64,000 bases of DNA, from contig OZ244226.1 in assembly GCA_965217035.1 (NCBI GenBank), forward strand, positions 310,001-374,000, read 5' to 3'. The notes below the pieces were generated by a model. The model was not told the DNA's origin. It did not search any database and was given only the letters and a program-made list of their open reading frames with translations. Shown here one piece after another: positions 1-9,151 of this stretch. The first letter of the stretch is position 1; each line of letters begins with the position of its first letter. This stretch comes from Bacteriovoracaceae bacterium. Lineage in GTDB: Bacteria > Bdellovibrionota > Bacteriovoracia > Bacteriovoracales > Bacteriovoracaceae. Both the position numbers and the translations under genes were made by a program.

Positions 1-2
1 CT

Positions 3-497
3 AATTGTGCCTTTGCAGTTTTTGTAACACTTTTTCTAAGTGGCTTACTTGGAGATGAAGTTCTCAAGTTTTTTGGAATCCAACTTGCTTCCTTTCGTGT
101 TGGTGGAGGAATTCTTATTGCATTCATGGCACTCTCAATGTTAAGAGGGGAAAAAACTGATATTAAGATCAGCCAAGATGAAATTGAAAGACAAGCTCAA
201 ATTCGAGAGATAGGAATTGTTCCTTTGGCCATACCAATGCTTGCAGGTCCTGGTTCTATTTCAAACGTCATTATTCAAGCCGACTATTTCATAACTTTTT
301 ATCATTGGGTTGGGGCCGTTATTTGTTTGGCCTTAATTGCAATCATCTTAAAGCTAATTTTAACCTTCAGTCGTACGATTCGCGATAAAATTGGACAAAT
401 TGCTATCAATGTCTCGACAAGAATTTTTGGCTTAATTCTGATGGCCGTTGCTATTGAGCACATCACAAAAGGTATTAAGGTTATCTTTAACTTATAA
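3..497 (+). CDS. MarC-family membrane protein (5' truncated by window edge)
   Basis: Frame open from nt 3 (…LKFFGIQLASFRVGGGILIAFMAL…); motifs IVPLAIPMLAGPGSI and TRIFGLILMAVAIE. Confidence 0.9.
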   Translation, partial: NCAFAVFVTLFLSGLLGDEVLKFFGIQLASFRVGGGILIAFMALSMLRGEKTDIKISQDEIERQAQIREIGIVPLAIPMLAGPGSISNVIIQADYFITFYHWVGAVICLALIAIILKLILTFSRTIRDKIGQIAINVSTRIFGLILMAVAIEHITKGIKVIFNL

Positions 498-1299
498 TCA
501 GCATCGCAAGTAATACTCGATAAAGAAAAAAGGTCCAAAAAGGTATTTTCTTAATAAGCTTTAAAAAATAGTGAATGACTAAAAGTCCTATAAAAAAGGA
601 AACAAGAATTCCTATGAAAGCATAAAAGAGGTCGAATTGAAGAGACTCCGCTCCTTGGATAATCTTTAATGCTTTATAAGCAGAACCCATCGCGACAATT
701 GGAATCGACAGTAGAAAAGTAAACTCTGCAATGACTTTACGATCGAACTTAAGCCATCTTCCCATTGAAAGAGTTGCTCCTGAACGACTAACTCCAGGAA
801 AAATAGCAATAGCTTGTGAAAACCCTAAAGCAAGAGCAAACTTCCAATTGACCTTTTCAAGTTCCTCTTCAAATTTCTCTCCGCCTTTAATATCGGCGAA
901 GTAAAGAAGTGCCCCAAAAAAGGCTAGATTAAAAGCAATCACTTGAGGATTTCTCCCATAATTTTCAGATAAAGGCTTGAAGATGAGAATAAATATGATT
1001 GAGAACAATGTCGCTAAAATCATATTCACGACATAGGCATTATAACCTTTTTGCTCTAAGGCCTTTGAAGGTTTTTTGAAGATCTCTATTTTAGCAGATG
1101 CAATTTTCATCACTTCTTTTCTAAAATAAAGAAGTAATGAAAAGATTGTTCCAATATGAAGATAAAGATCAAAAGTAACTCCTGGATCTTGAATCTTTAA
1201 ATACTTTGGCAATAAAGCTAAATGACCCGAGCTTGAAACAGGAAGAAACTCACAAACTGCTTGGATCAGCCCATAAATAATAGCATCGACTAATGTCAT
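487..1299 (-). CDS. uppP: Undecaprenyl-diphosphate phosphatase (BacA/UppP)
   Basis: EFLPVSSSGHL and AIFPGVSRSGAT signature motifs; multi-TM. Confidence 0.96.
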   Translation of the reverse strand: MTLVDAIIYGLIQAVCEFLPVSSSGHLALLPKYLKIQDPGVTFDLYLHIGTIFSLLLYFRKEVMKIASAKIEIFKKPSKALEQKGYNAYVVNMILATLFSIIFILIFKPLSENYGRNPQVIAFNLAFFGALLYFADIKGGEKFEEELEKVNWKFALALGFSQAIAIFPGVSRSGATLSMGRWLKFDRKVIAEFTFLLSIPIVAMGSAYKALKIIQGAESLQFDLFYAFIGILVSFFIGLLVIHYFLKLIKKIPFWTFFLYRVLLAMLIIS

Positions 1300-3611
1300 G
1301 GTTGTCGAACCGGTTGTGTTGGTGTCTCAAATGGAACTTCAGCAGGTTGTGGAGAAGACTTTTTCTTCCCAGGGTTTGAACTAAAATAAGCTAAATCTTC
1401 TGTTTTAAAAGCGTCCATTACTTCATTAATTTTTCGAATGAGATAATCATACTTCGCCTCTTCAAGCGAACTCTCTCTTAAGTCATCTTGTCGCTTTCTC
1501 TCTTTTTGATTAAGTCCAACTATCATATCAAAAAAACTTTTCAGTTTTTGAAAATAATCATCTTTCAAAGCTTTGTTGCTTGATTTGACTAAGAGTCTAG
1601 CTACTTTGAAGTAGTAGCGAAAAATATAGGCATGCTCTTTAAGAACATCCTCCTCTATCGCTTTCTTCTGTGAGAAATAATCAATAATTTCATAAGCTCC
1701 TAATTTCTTTGTTAATGGCTGGTTTTCAAGTTTATCATTCCATTCCACTCCACCAAGGTATTGACGATAAAACTTCAGAACTGTTTCTTCTGGAATAACC
1801 CGATTCGATTCAATCTGAAAGCGTAATATTGAAAAATTTGCTCTTTCCAAAGGAACAAAAATATCCTCGATAAGATTATTTTCAGCAAACTTTCCTCTCG
1901 GAGGCGTTATCTTCATAAATTGTTTTTCACCAATCTTTACGAAACGAACGTCTTGGATCCTTTTACCGATCGAACTTAAAAGGCTGTCCCTATAATCAAA
2001 AAAACTCTTGAAGAATGGACCGTATTGAAGGAAATGCTGTCCGATATTCTTTAAGTTCAATTCAAGGCTTGATTTTGTTAAGTTTTTAAACTCTTCGTAA
2101 AAACGTAATGCATTATAAGGCTGGTTATTGATGAACTTAATAACTTCACCGAAACGAAGTGAAGCAAGCGGATTACTTCTGATGGCATAAGAAAGCATTT
2201 TCTTCAAATCAATCTTTTCTTGCGTCCTTTCAAAGCGCACCAATAATTTTTCAGCAGGATAATAAATTCTCATGGCAGGTACAAAGAACTTTTTTTTCTT
2301 CTTTCTAAGCGTTTTAAAATAAGGATACTCAAGAAATATTTTTGTTCTTTTTGTTTTTTCAAAGTCAAAGTAAAGAGAACTTATAATTCCTTGAGAATTC
2401 GCATTCCCAGCAAAACTAATCGTTTTATATTCAAAGCTGTTATATTCCTCAAGTGGAAACCGTTCTAAAAAAGAAGTCATATAAGCAATTCCAAAACTTA
2501 AAGGAAGCATAATGAGAGCAAGAACAAATGAAATAAGCTTTGATGATAAATAAAAGCGTGAACCAAAAATAACTTCTTTAACTGTAGGTTTCGAAAAAAG
2601 TGATGGAAAATCAAAAATTATAAATGGCCAGATAAACAATCCAAGTAGTCCTCGACAAAAAGCTTTCAGACGACTTAGTAAACCAGTACCTTCTACTGAA
2701 ACGAAAAGAACTAATTTTCCCAAAGAACGTTTAAAGAATAAGTTCCCCAAAAGAACTAAGGTGATATGTACAATGAGATAGGGAAGAAAATATTTAGCCT
2801 CTATTCCCGCTTCAGTCTTAATAAAAGCTTCTAACTCATTAAAGCCTGACTCTATTAAGAAAAGAGCATCATATTCAATAAGCATTTGAGTAAGAAAAAC
2901 GGCCAAATTAATATCGATAAGAAGTGCAAAAAACCTAATAAAATAGGGAACTCCCCAGTCTTTTTCGCCAATACTTGGCTTGAACTTCTTTTTTTGAATT
3001 GGCGGAACTAATTGCTCAACAACTGCATCATCATGAAATATCTTAGGGGGTAGTTCTTGACGAGTTTCTGTCTCTGAAGCTATTTCCGCAATCAAAGATT
3101 CTTCATCAAGAATCTTGGTCATAGTTGGTTCATTTGGAACAACTTCAAGTCCCTCCCTCTCTTCCTCTATTGCCACCTCAAATTGAGATTGTGGAGACAT
3201 ATCGAGCTCCAAGTCACCATCATCAGCAAAAGCGACTTCGGCAGAAGGAACCTCTAAATCATTCATCTCTGGAATATCAGGTAATTTCGGTAGATCAGGA
3301 ATATCAGGTTCATCAGCAAGAACAACTTTTTTGACAATAACACCAACCGAACCAACTACAATTTGATCATCCTTCTCTAAAAGAATAGGTTGATCAACAG
3401 GAATGGACTTACCATTAATAAATGTCCCTTTGTCACTTGAATGATCTATTATAGAAAGAACTCCATGATCATTAACAAGAGTACAATGTTTTTCACTTAT
3501 ATCAGGATGGTCGAGGTTAAGATTTTGTCCAAACTTCCCGATTGTTAACTGATTCTCTAAATAGAGAATTGGCGAATCCCCAGTAGAAAGTTTTACTTCA
3601 TAACGGCTCAT
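1296..3611 (-). CDS. FHA-domain, RDD-like membrane protein with a large C-terminal extracytoplasmic region
   Basis: N-terminal FHA-like pattern (LTIGK…ISEKHC…DHSSDKGTFING), acidic/Pro linker, RDD-like segment (IRFFALLID…SLGKLVL…RL…RGL) with TM helices. Confidence 0.7.
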   Translation of the reverse strand: MSRYEVKLSTGDSPILYLENQLTIGKFGQNLNLDHPDISEKHCTLVNDHGVLSIIDHSSDKGTFINGKSIPVDQPILLEKDDQIVVGSVGVIVKKVVLADEPDIPDLPKLPDIPEMNDLEVPSAEVAFADDGDLELDMSPQSQFEVAIEEEREGLEVVPNEPTMTKILDEESLIAEIASETETRQELPPKIFHDDAVVEQLVPPIQKKKFKPSIGEKDWGVPYFIRFFALLIDINLAVFLTQMLIEYDALFLIESGFNELEAFIKTEAGIEAKYFLPYLIVHITLVLLGNLFFKRSLGKLVLFVSVEGTGLLSRLKAFCRGLLGLFIWPFIIFDFPSLFSKPTVKEVIFGSRFYLSSKLISFVLALIMLPLSFGIAYMTSFLERFPLEEYNSFEYKTISFAGNANSQGIISSLYFDFEKTKRTKIFLEYPYFKTLRKKKKKFFVPAMRIYYPAEKLLVRFERTQEKIDLKKMLSYAIRSNPLASLRFGEVIKFINNQPYNALRFYEEFKNLTKSSLELNLKNIGQHFLQYGPFFKSFFDYRDSLLSSIGKRIQDVRFVKIGEKQFMKITPPRGKFAENNLIEDIFVPLERANFSILRFQIESNRVIPEETVLKFYRQYLGGVEWNDKLENQPLTKKLGAYEIIDYFSQKKAIEEDVLKEHAYIFRYYFKVARLLVKSSNKALKDDYFQKLKSFFDMIVGLNQKERKRQDDLRESSLEEAKYDYLIRKINEVMDAFKTEDLAYFSSNPGKKKSSPQPAEVPFETPTQPVRQP

Positions 3612-4231
3612 TAAGTTTTCATCCTATGACCAGAGACTTGAAAAAGCTTTCTCAATCCCAGTTTTGCGACAGTTGTATAGAAATTCTCCATGATAAAGTC
3701 AGGATAGCCAAGATCGTTTACATCCAGGTCTAATCGTACATACATTAAGCAACGTTGCTCAATCTCCTGAACGACAATCTCCCCTTTTGAACCTTTGAAA
3801 GACTTTCCTATAAAAGTAAATGAGTAGGTTCCAGGCTTAAAAACTCTGTCAATCTTCATTGTCGCAAAGAATTCAACAGGTAAAATCGAGACTTTAAAAA
3901 CCAAGCTAAAAATATCCTGATAATACTGACTCGTACTCACGAAGCTCATATATTTTTTATAATCTTCGTAACGAGAAATAACTTTAAGAACAGGAGAACA
4001 TTTTGAAGTATGGAAACCAGCTGCTTTGGCCCATGCTTTATGCTTTCCTTTAGGGGCATCAATCACTTTGGAAGTTGATATAAGTCTCCCCTCTTTCAAA
4101 TACTTCAAATTAGTTCGTGAGTAATAATCTCGCTCTTTTAGAAATAGTTTAAGAGATTTTTCTCCACTAGGGGATAAAGCAAAGGCTTGAGCGCCAAAAT
4201 ACAATAAAATGAATTGACAACCTTTCAACAT
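3611..4231 (-). CDS. Secreted hypothetical protein, possibly START/SRPBCC-like
   Basis: ATG at 4231 gives a signal peptide (MLKGCQFILLYFGAQAFA); 'VISRYEDYKKYMSFV' resembles an SRPBCC helix; TAATG coupling to the next gene. Confidence 0.55.
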   Translation of the reverse strand: MLKGCQFILLYFGAQAFALSPSGEKSLKLFLKERDYYSRTNLKYLKEGRLISTSKVIDAPKGKHKAWAKAAGFHTSKCSPVLKVISRYEDYKKYMSFVSTSQYYQDIFSLVFKVSILPVEFFATMKIDRVFKPGTYSFTFIGKSFKGSKGEIVVQEIEQRCLMYVRLDLDVNDLGYPDFIMENFYTTVAKLGLRKLFQVSGHRMKT

Positions 4232-4358
4232 TCTAATGACTTCCTTGTCTCTTATTATTATGGAAACTTCAGTAAGATAACGCAAGTAGACTTCTTACCT
4301 CAGTTAAGTTTAAAATTTATAGTATCACTCACTCTTATAAACGGGTTCTATTGAGACT

Positions 4359-6314
4359 ATGGCTAAATTAAGTACTAAAAAGCGAACTGGAAAAAAAGTT
4401 AAAGAAGCAGAAATTGAAAGCAAAGACCAGCGATGGCATTGCCGTAACAGAGTGACTCTCGTCTTTGGAAGTAATGATGAAGAGGAGCTCGATACTTATC
4501 TTTACACAGATAAATCTCTTGAGTTCAAAACCGTAAAGTTTCATCAAGCAAAATCTAAGGCCATTGAAGAAATCCTGGATAACTGTATCGACGAGTTCTA
4601 TCGAGGTCACGTAAGTGAAGTTAATATTGAACTCAGTAAAGACCAGATGGAAGTTATTATTGAAGACAATGGGATTGGATTTCCTCCTGCAAAAGCGACT
4701 CAAGTTTATTCAGAGTTTAGAACAGGTTCTAAATTTAAAGATGAAGAAACGGATAAGAAAGGTTATCTGCATAGAACCTTAGGACAAAATGGCCTTGGAG
4801 CTTCGGCGACATGTCTCACTTCCGATGAATTCGAAGTTCGAATTCGACATTACAACTCTAAGAAAGAACAAACCTTTAACTTCATTGATGGAGCTCTAAA
4901 GATTAAGAAAAGCCGACCGAAGCCATTTAAAGGCCACTCGGGAGTCAGAGTCCGAGTTAAACTTGCCAAAGAAGTTTATAAGAAACCAAAAATTGATAAA
5001 GAACTGCTTCGAAAAAGGATTATCGATCTCGCCTATAATAACCCTGGCCTAAAATTTGTTTTTAATGGTGATGAATACCTTTATGAGAAAGGACTTTATC
5101 AACTCGCAGAGAGAATCGACAAAGATAATGCTGTTCTTCTTGGGCAGGACGCTTTTACCTATGAAACGGTAAATACGAAAAAGAAAAAGGTAAAAGGTAA
5201 GATCGACATGATCGTAGCTCTTACTGTTGATAAGAAATCAGAAGATAGAGAACGTTTTGTTTCTTTCGTTAACTCTACACCTACTTTTGACGGTGGTTTT
5301 CACAATGATCGAGTGAAACGACTTTTCATTAATGCCATCAAGGACAAAACGGAGAGACTTGCGAAAAAAGCAAAAGTCACCCTTAATGATAATGATATCC
5401 TTCAAGGGATTACCTTTGTCATTGGAATTATCATGCCTAACCCAAGGTTTGAATCTCAAACTAAACGTAAATTAGTTCGCGATACTCATCTTGAAAAAGG
5501 AATTGAAAAGTTCATGGATAAGGCCATGGCCAAGTTTTTTAGAACACATAAGGACTACCTTGAGCTTATTATCGAAAGAGCAAAAACGAGGCATCATTTT
5601 CAAGACCTTAAAGCTGCAAGTAAGAAAGGCCGCAAGGCTAAAAAACAAAGAGTAGAAAAACTGCTCGATGCCAATGAAAGAAAAGATCGAACTAAATGTA
5701 TGCTTTTCATTTGCGAGGGGGATTCAGCAATTGGTGGTCTCCGTTCTGCGAGAGATAAAAATACTCAAGGAGGTATCGCCTTGAGAGGAAAGCCAATGAA
5801 TGTTTCTCAAGCCTCTATTAAAGATGTTTTAGAAAATAAGGAATTTGCAGATATTATGGCTTCAACAGGTCTCACGATAGGTGTTCCAGCGGATCCTAAA
5901 AATTTAAGATATTCAAAGATTGTCTTCCTGGCTGACTCTGATGTAGATGGTGGTCATATTAATACACTTCTTACGAATTTCTTTTTCCAGTACTGGCCAG
6001 AGCTCTTTGAAATGGGAGCAATTCAAATCGCAAAAGCTCCCCTATTTGAAGTCATTACTGATAAAGACACCGTTTATGCTGAAACCCCTGAAGAATTAGA
6101 AAAAATTAAAGAGAAAAAGACGATCAAAATCAAAGAAATTCAAAGAAACAAAGGTCTAGGAGAGATGTCTCAAGACGCTTTTAAATATGTCCTTAGTCGT
6201 GATGAATTCACAAAAATCACAGTAGAAGATATGAAAGCCTCTAAAAAAATGCTCGATGTCTGTTTTGGAAAAGACTCTCAACCAAGAAAAGAATTATTAA
6301 TGGATGAAGCCTAA
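4359..6314 (+). CDS. Type IIA DNA topoisomerase subunit B (GHKL ATPase + TOPRIM), T4 gp39/60- or eukaryote-like
   Basis: EEILDNCIDE, DNGIG, GQNGLG, FESQTK, EGDSA, LRGK, DSDVDGGHI, KGLGEM. Confidence 0.93.
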   Translation: MAKLSTKKRTGKKVKEAEIESKDQRWHCRNRVTLVFGSNDEEELDTYLYTDKSLEFKTVKFHQAKSKAIEEILDNCIDEFYRGHVSEVNIELSKDQMEVIIEDNGIGFPPAKATQVYSEFRTGSKFKDEETDKKGYLHRTLGQNGLGASATCLTSDEFEVRIRHYNSKKEQTFNFIDGALKIKKSRPKPFKGHSGVRVRVKLAKEVYKKPKIDKELLRKRIIDLAYNNPGLKFVFNGDEYLYEKGLYQLAERIDKDNAVLLGQDAFTYETVNTKKKKVKGKIDMIVALTVDKKSEDRERFVSFVNSTPTFDGGFHNDRVKRLFINAIKDKTERLAKKAKVTLNDNDILQGITFVIGIIMPNPRFESQTKRKLVRDTHLEKGIEKFMDKAMAKFFRTHKDYLELIIERAKTRHHFQDLKAASKKGRKAKKQRVEKLLDANERKDRTKCMLFICEGDSAIGGLRSARDKNTQGGIALRGKPMNVSQASIKDVLENKEFADIMASTGLTIGVPADPKNLRYSKIVFLADSDVDGGHINTLLTNFFFQYWPELFEMGAIQIAKAPLFEVITDKDTVYAETPEELEKIKEKKTIKIKEIQRNKGLGEMSQDAFKYVLSRDEFTKITVEDMKASKKMLDVCFGKDSQPRKELLMDEA

Positions 6315-7720
6315 TGGAAGAAGTATACTTACACTCAACTCCCGAGATCCCTCTTGAAAAGATTGTAAAATCTGAGTATCGGACCTATCAAATTTATACT
6401 TTGATGGATCGAGCAATTCCTTATCTTCAAGACGGATTAAAACCTTCACAGAGAAGAATTCTCTACACACTTTGGAAGCATAAGGCGAAGGGGCTTTCGA
6501 AAGTTTCAGGAGTTACAGGACTTGTCCTGACTCTCCATCCCCATGGACCTGCTTCTATTGAATCATCTATTGTTAACCTTGCTCAAGATTTTGCTTTCGC
6601 AAATAACTATCCTCTTATTGATAAAAAGGGTTATTTCGGAGAGCGAATGGAAACAACCGCTGCCGCTGGAAGGTATATTGAATGTAAATTGGGAAAAGTT
6701 TCTGAACTTTTACTTTTTGATGACCTTAACCAAGTTGAAATGATTCCTAACTATGATGAAAGAGCGATGGAGCCACTTGCACTTTACCCTAAACTCCCTC
6801 TCATGCTCCTAAATGGTTCAGAAGGGATTGGAACAGGCTTTTCATCAAATATTCCATCGTTTAAACATTCAGATATTATCAATTCAATGATTTATTATCT
6901 TGAGAAAGGAAAAGCTCGTAAGGTAAAGCCGTGGGTTCGTTATTATAACGACAAGGTAGAAGTTGAAAAAACAGGAAAAATTCTCTTCCGAATTGGTTTC
7001 GAGGAACGCAAAGGGAATATTCATATTACAGAACTTCCTAAAGGCTATGACGCTAAGAAGATTTATAAACATTTAAATAAGTTTATTGATGCTGATTTCA
7101 TCAAGGATTATATCGATTCATCAGTCGATAATACGATAGATATTCAACTGCTCTTTAAACGGGGACAAACTCCTACTCTTGAAGCTGTTGAAAAGAAAAT
7201 GGGAGCAACTGCAAGCCTTGTCCCTAACTATACTTTGATCAGCGAACGTGGTGTTCGAATCTTTAAAAAAGCCGAAGAGATCATTGAGCTTTTCACAGAA
7301 CAGAGAAGAAAAGTCGTCAAACGACGGTATGAACTCTTAATTGAAGAATGTGAACATAATATTATTAAGAATAATGAAATTATTCGTTTCATTAAAGAAA
7401 AACATTATGCCCAAGCTGAAAAGAAGGCCAATCGCTCTGACTATGTTAAATATCTAACAAGTAAAAAGTTTAAGCATGGTGATTACCTTGCTGATATGGC
7501 AATTTATCGAATGACTAAAGAAGAAGTCGCAAAAAGACAATTGCTCGTAAAAGAAGATACAGGAAAACTAAAAACCTATAAGGCCATTGTTAAGTCTCCT
7601 GCAAAAATTAAAGGGAAGTTGATTGATGAGTTAAACGACATCAATGTCAAACTTTCTAAAATAATGGAAGATAAAGAGAAAGAGAAACAAAAAGTCCAAA
7701 AGAAGAAGCGGAAGTCTTAA
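6314..7720 (+). CDS. Type IIA DNA topoisomerase subunit A (breakage-reunion), short gp52-like form without CTD
   Basis: RAIP..QDGLKPSQRRI, HPHG, active-site AAAGRY, NGSEGIGTGFSSNIP, ITELP; 468 aa; TAATG coupling with subunit B. Confidence 0.93.
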   Translation: MEEVYLHSTPEIPLEKIVKSEYRTYQIYTLMDRAIPYLQDGLKPSQRRILYTLWKHKAKGLSKVSGVTGLVLTLHPHGPASIESSIVNLAQDFAFANNYPLIDKKGYFGERMETTAAAGRYIECKLGKVSELLLFDDLNQVEMIPNYDERAMEPLALYPKLPLMLLNGSEGIGTGFSSNIPSFKHSDIINSMIYYLEKGKARKVKPWVRYYNDKVEVEKTGKILFRIGFEERKGNIHITELPKGYDAKKIYKHLNKFIDADFIKDYIDSSVDNTIDIQLLFKRGQTPTLEAVEKKMGATASLVPNYTLISERGVRIFKKAEEIIELFTEQRRKVVKRRYELLIEECEHNIIKNNEIIRFIKEKHYAQAEKKANRSDYVKYLTSKKFKHGDYLADMAIYRMTKEEVAKRQLLVKEDTGKLKTYKAIVKSPAKIKGKLIDELNDINVKLSKIMEDKEKEKQKVQKKKRKS

Positions 7721-7787
7721 GACAACTGCTTCTTTAAAAAGGTCTTAATGGTAAAATGATACAAAGAGTGCTATAACTCAATTAATC

Positions 7788-8198
7788 ATGAAAACAATAC
7801 TTTTCTACCTTATTTTTTCTTCTCATTGCTTCTCTCAAACTCTAAATATCATTCTCGATAAAATTCCTAAGAAAGAAGGAAAGGGGATGGTTGCCCTCTA
7901 CAATAGCGAAGCAAATTATGATGAAGAGAAAAAACCTTTCAAAAGTATCGTTTGCTCAAAAAAGCAATTTATTGAAAAGAAATGTTTTTTTCCTAAAATC
8001 CCATCAGCGACCTACTCAATCGCTTTTTACTGGGACGAAAATAATAACGAAGAACTCGATACAAATTTCATAGGCTATCCCAGTGAACCTTTTGGCTTCT
8101 CTGGGAATCCAACCATTATCGCTGGAAAACCAAGTTTTGACAGCACAAAATTTAAATTCGAGAAAAGATCAAAGCCTATAAAAATAGATCTCAAGTAA
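7788..8198 (+). CDS. DUF2141-family secreted protein
   Basis: Signal peptide; YSIAFYWDENNNEELDTNFIGYPSEPFGFSGNP. Confidence 0.85.
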   Translation: MKTILFYLIFSSHCFSQTLNIILDKIPKKEGKGMVALYNSEANYDEEKKPFKSIVCSKKQFIEKKCFFPKIPSATYSIAFYWDENNNEELDTNFIGYPSEPFGFSGNPTIIAGKPSFDSTKFKFEKRSKPIKIDLK

Positions 8199-8342
8199 AA
8201 TTAGCAAAAAAAATTGGCAGAAAGAAAAGATCTAATGTCTCATTAAATATCTAAAATCATTAATCTTTTATATAAAACAAACATCTAAAAGAGCTTTGAA
8301 TTCATAATAAATTCGAGTCTCTCTTTAATGAGATTCTTTATT

Positions 8343-8391
8343 GATGAGAAGGGTTAGCACCTCCCCTTAACCAACCCTTCTCATCTTTTTT
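8343..8391 (+). terminator. Intrinsic terminator with a C-rich loop
   Basis: 13-bp perfect stem GATGAGAAGGGTT/AACCCTTCTCATC, 17-nt loop, then TTTTTT. Confidence 0.8.
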
Positions 8392-8410
8392 AGATTCAAT
8401 TTTAATATTT

Positions 8411-9133
8411 CTATTTATCCAAGTAGTTGTCTGACTCTGTTCCCAGCCAACGATCCCAAAAGGTAAAGTATAGACCGTAGTTCGTCTTAAATTCTTTATG
8501 ATGAAGAGCATGATGGGTCGCTCCTACTAAGTTTCGTGTTAACCAGTTCTTAAGAAACCACTTTGGATAAACTTCGACATTCAAATGATTAATCGTCGCA
8601 GAAATTGTCATATAACTTAAAAGAAAAGCTAAGGAATACATATGAAGTGGAATCATATAAATAATAAGCGCAAAAGGAACGACCTGAAGAATAGTTTCAA
8701 GCGGATGAAATGAAAATGCTGTCCAAGCAGATGTCTCAACCGAATCATGATGAGTTTTATGAATCTTCCGGTACACCTTTGGAATATGCATCCATCGATG
8801 AAGAAAATAATAATAAGTCTCGTGAATCAGCATCGCTCCTACAATCCCACTTAAATGAAACCACCAAGGAGCATAAAACTCTTGAAGTTGATAAAACTGA
8901 GACATTCCAAGAAAGGCAGCTCCAAAGATCAAAGCACTATAAAAAGAGTAAAGGATTTCTCGACGACCTTGGAACTTATCCCGACCGAGTTCAAACACCT
9001 TTTTTACTTTCAATTTGATGACAAGCCAATCAGCAAAAGCACTTGTTAGAAAATAGCGAAGAAAGATCGCAATAGTGAAAATTATGAATAAAAAAAAGGC
9101 CTCCGAAATGGAGGCCCTGTCTATAGAAATCAT
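8411..9133 (-). CDS. Sterol desaturase / fatty acid hydroxylase superfamily protein
   Basis: His boxes HRWMH, HKTHH, NH, HHALHH; SFHPLE; NYGLYFTFWDR. Confidence 0.92.
   Translation of the reverse strand: MISIDRASISEAFFLFIIFTIAIFLRYFLTSAFADWLVIKLKVKKVFELGRDKFQGRREILYSFYSALIFGAAFLGMSQFYQLQEFYAPWWFHLSGIVGAMLIHETYYYFLHRWMHIPKVYRKIHKTHHDSVETSAWTAFSFHPLETILQVVPFALIIYMIPLHMYSLAFLLSYMTISATINHLNVEVYPKWFLKNWLTRNLVGATHHALHHKEFKTNYGLYFTFWDRWLGTESDNYLDK
9090..9116 (-). terminator. Intrinsic terminator downstream of fusA
   Basis: Minus strand GGCCTCC-ATTTC-GGAGGCC-TTTTTTTT, about 35 nt after the fusA stop. Confidence 0.8.
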
Positions 9134-9151
9134 AATTCTATTTAATCAACT

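Noticed and set aside
3611..8198. Prophage or mobile element carrying the phage-like topoisomerase
   Set aside because: No integrase, structural genes, att-like repeats or visible compositional shift around the genes
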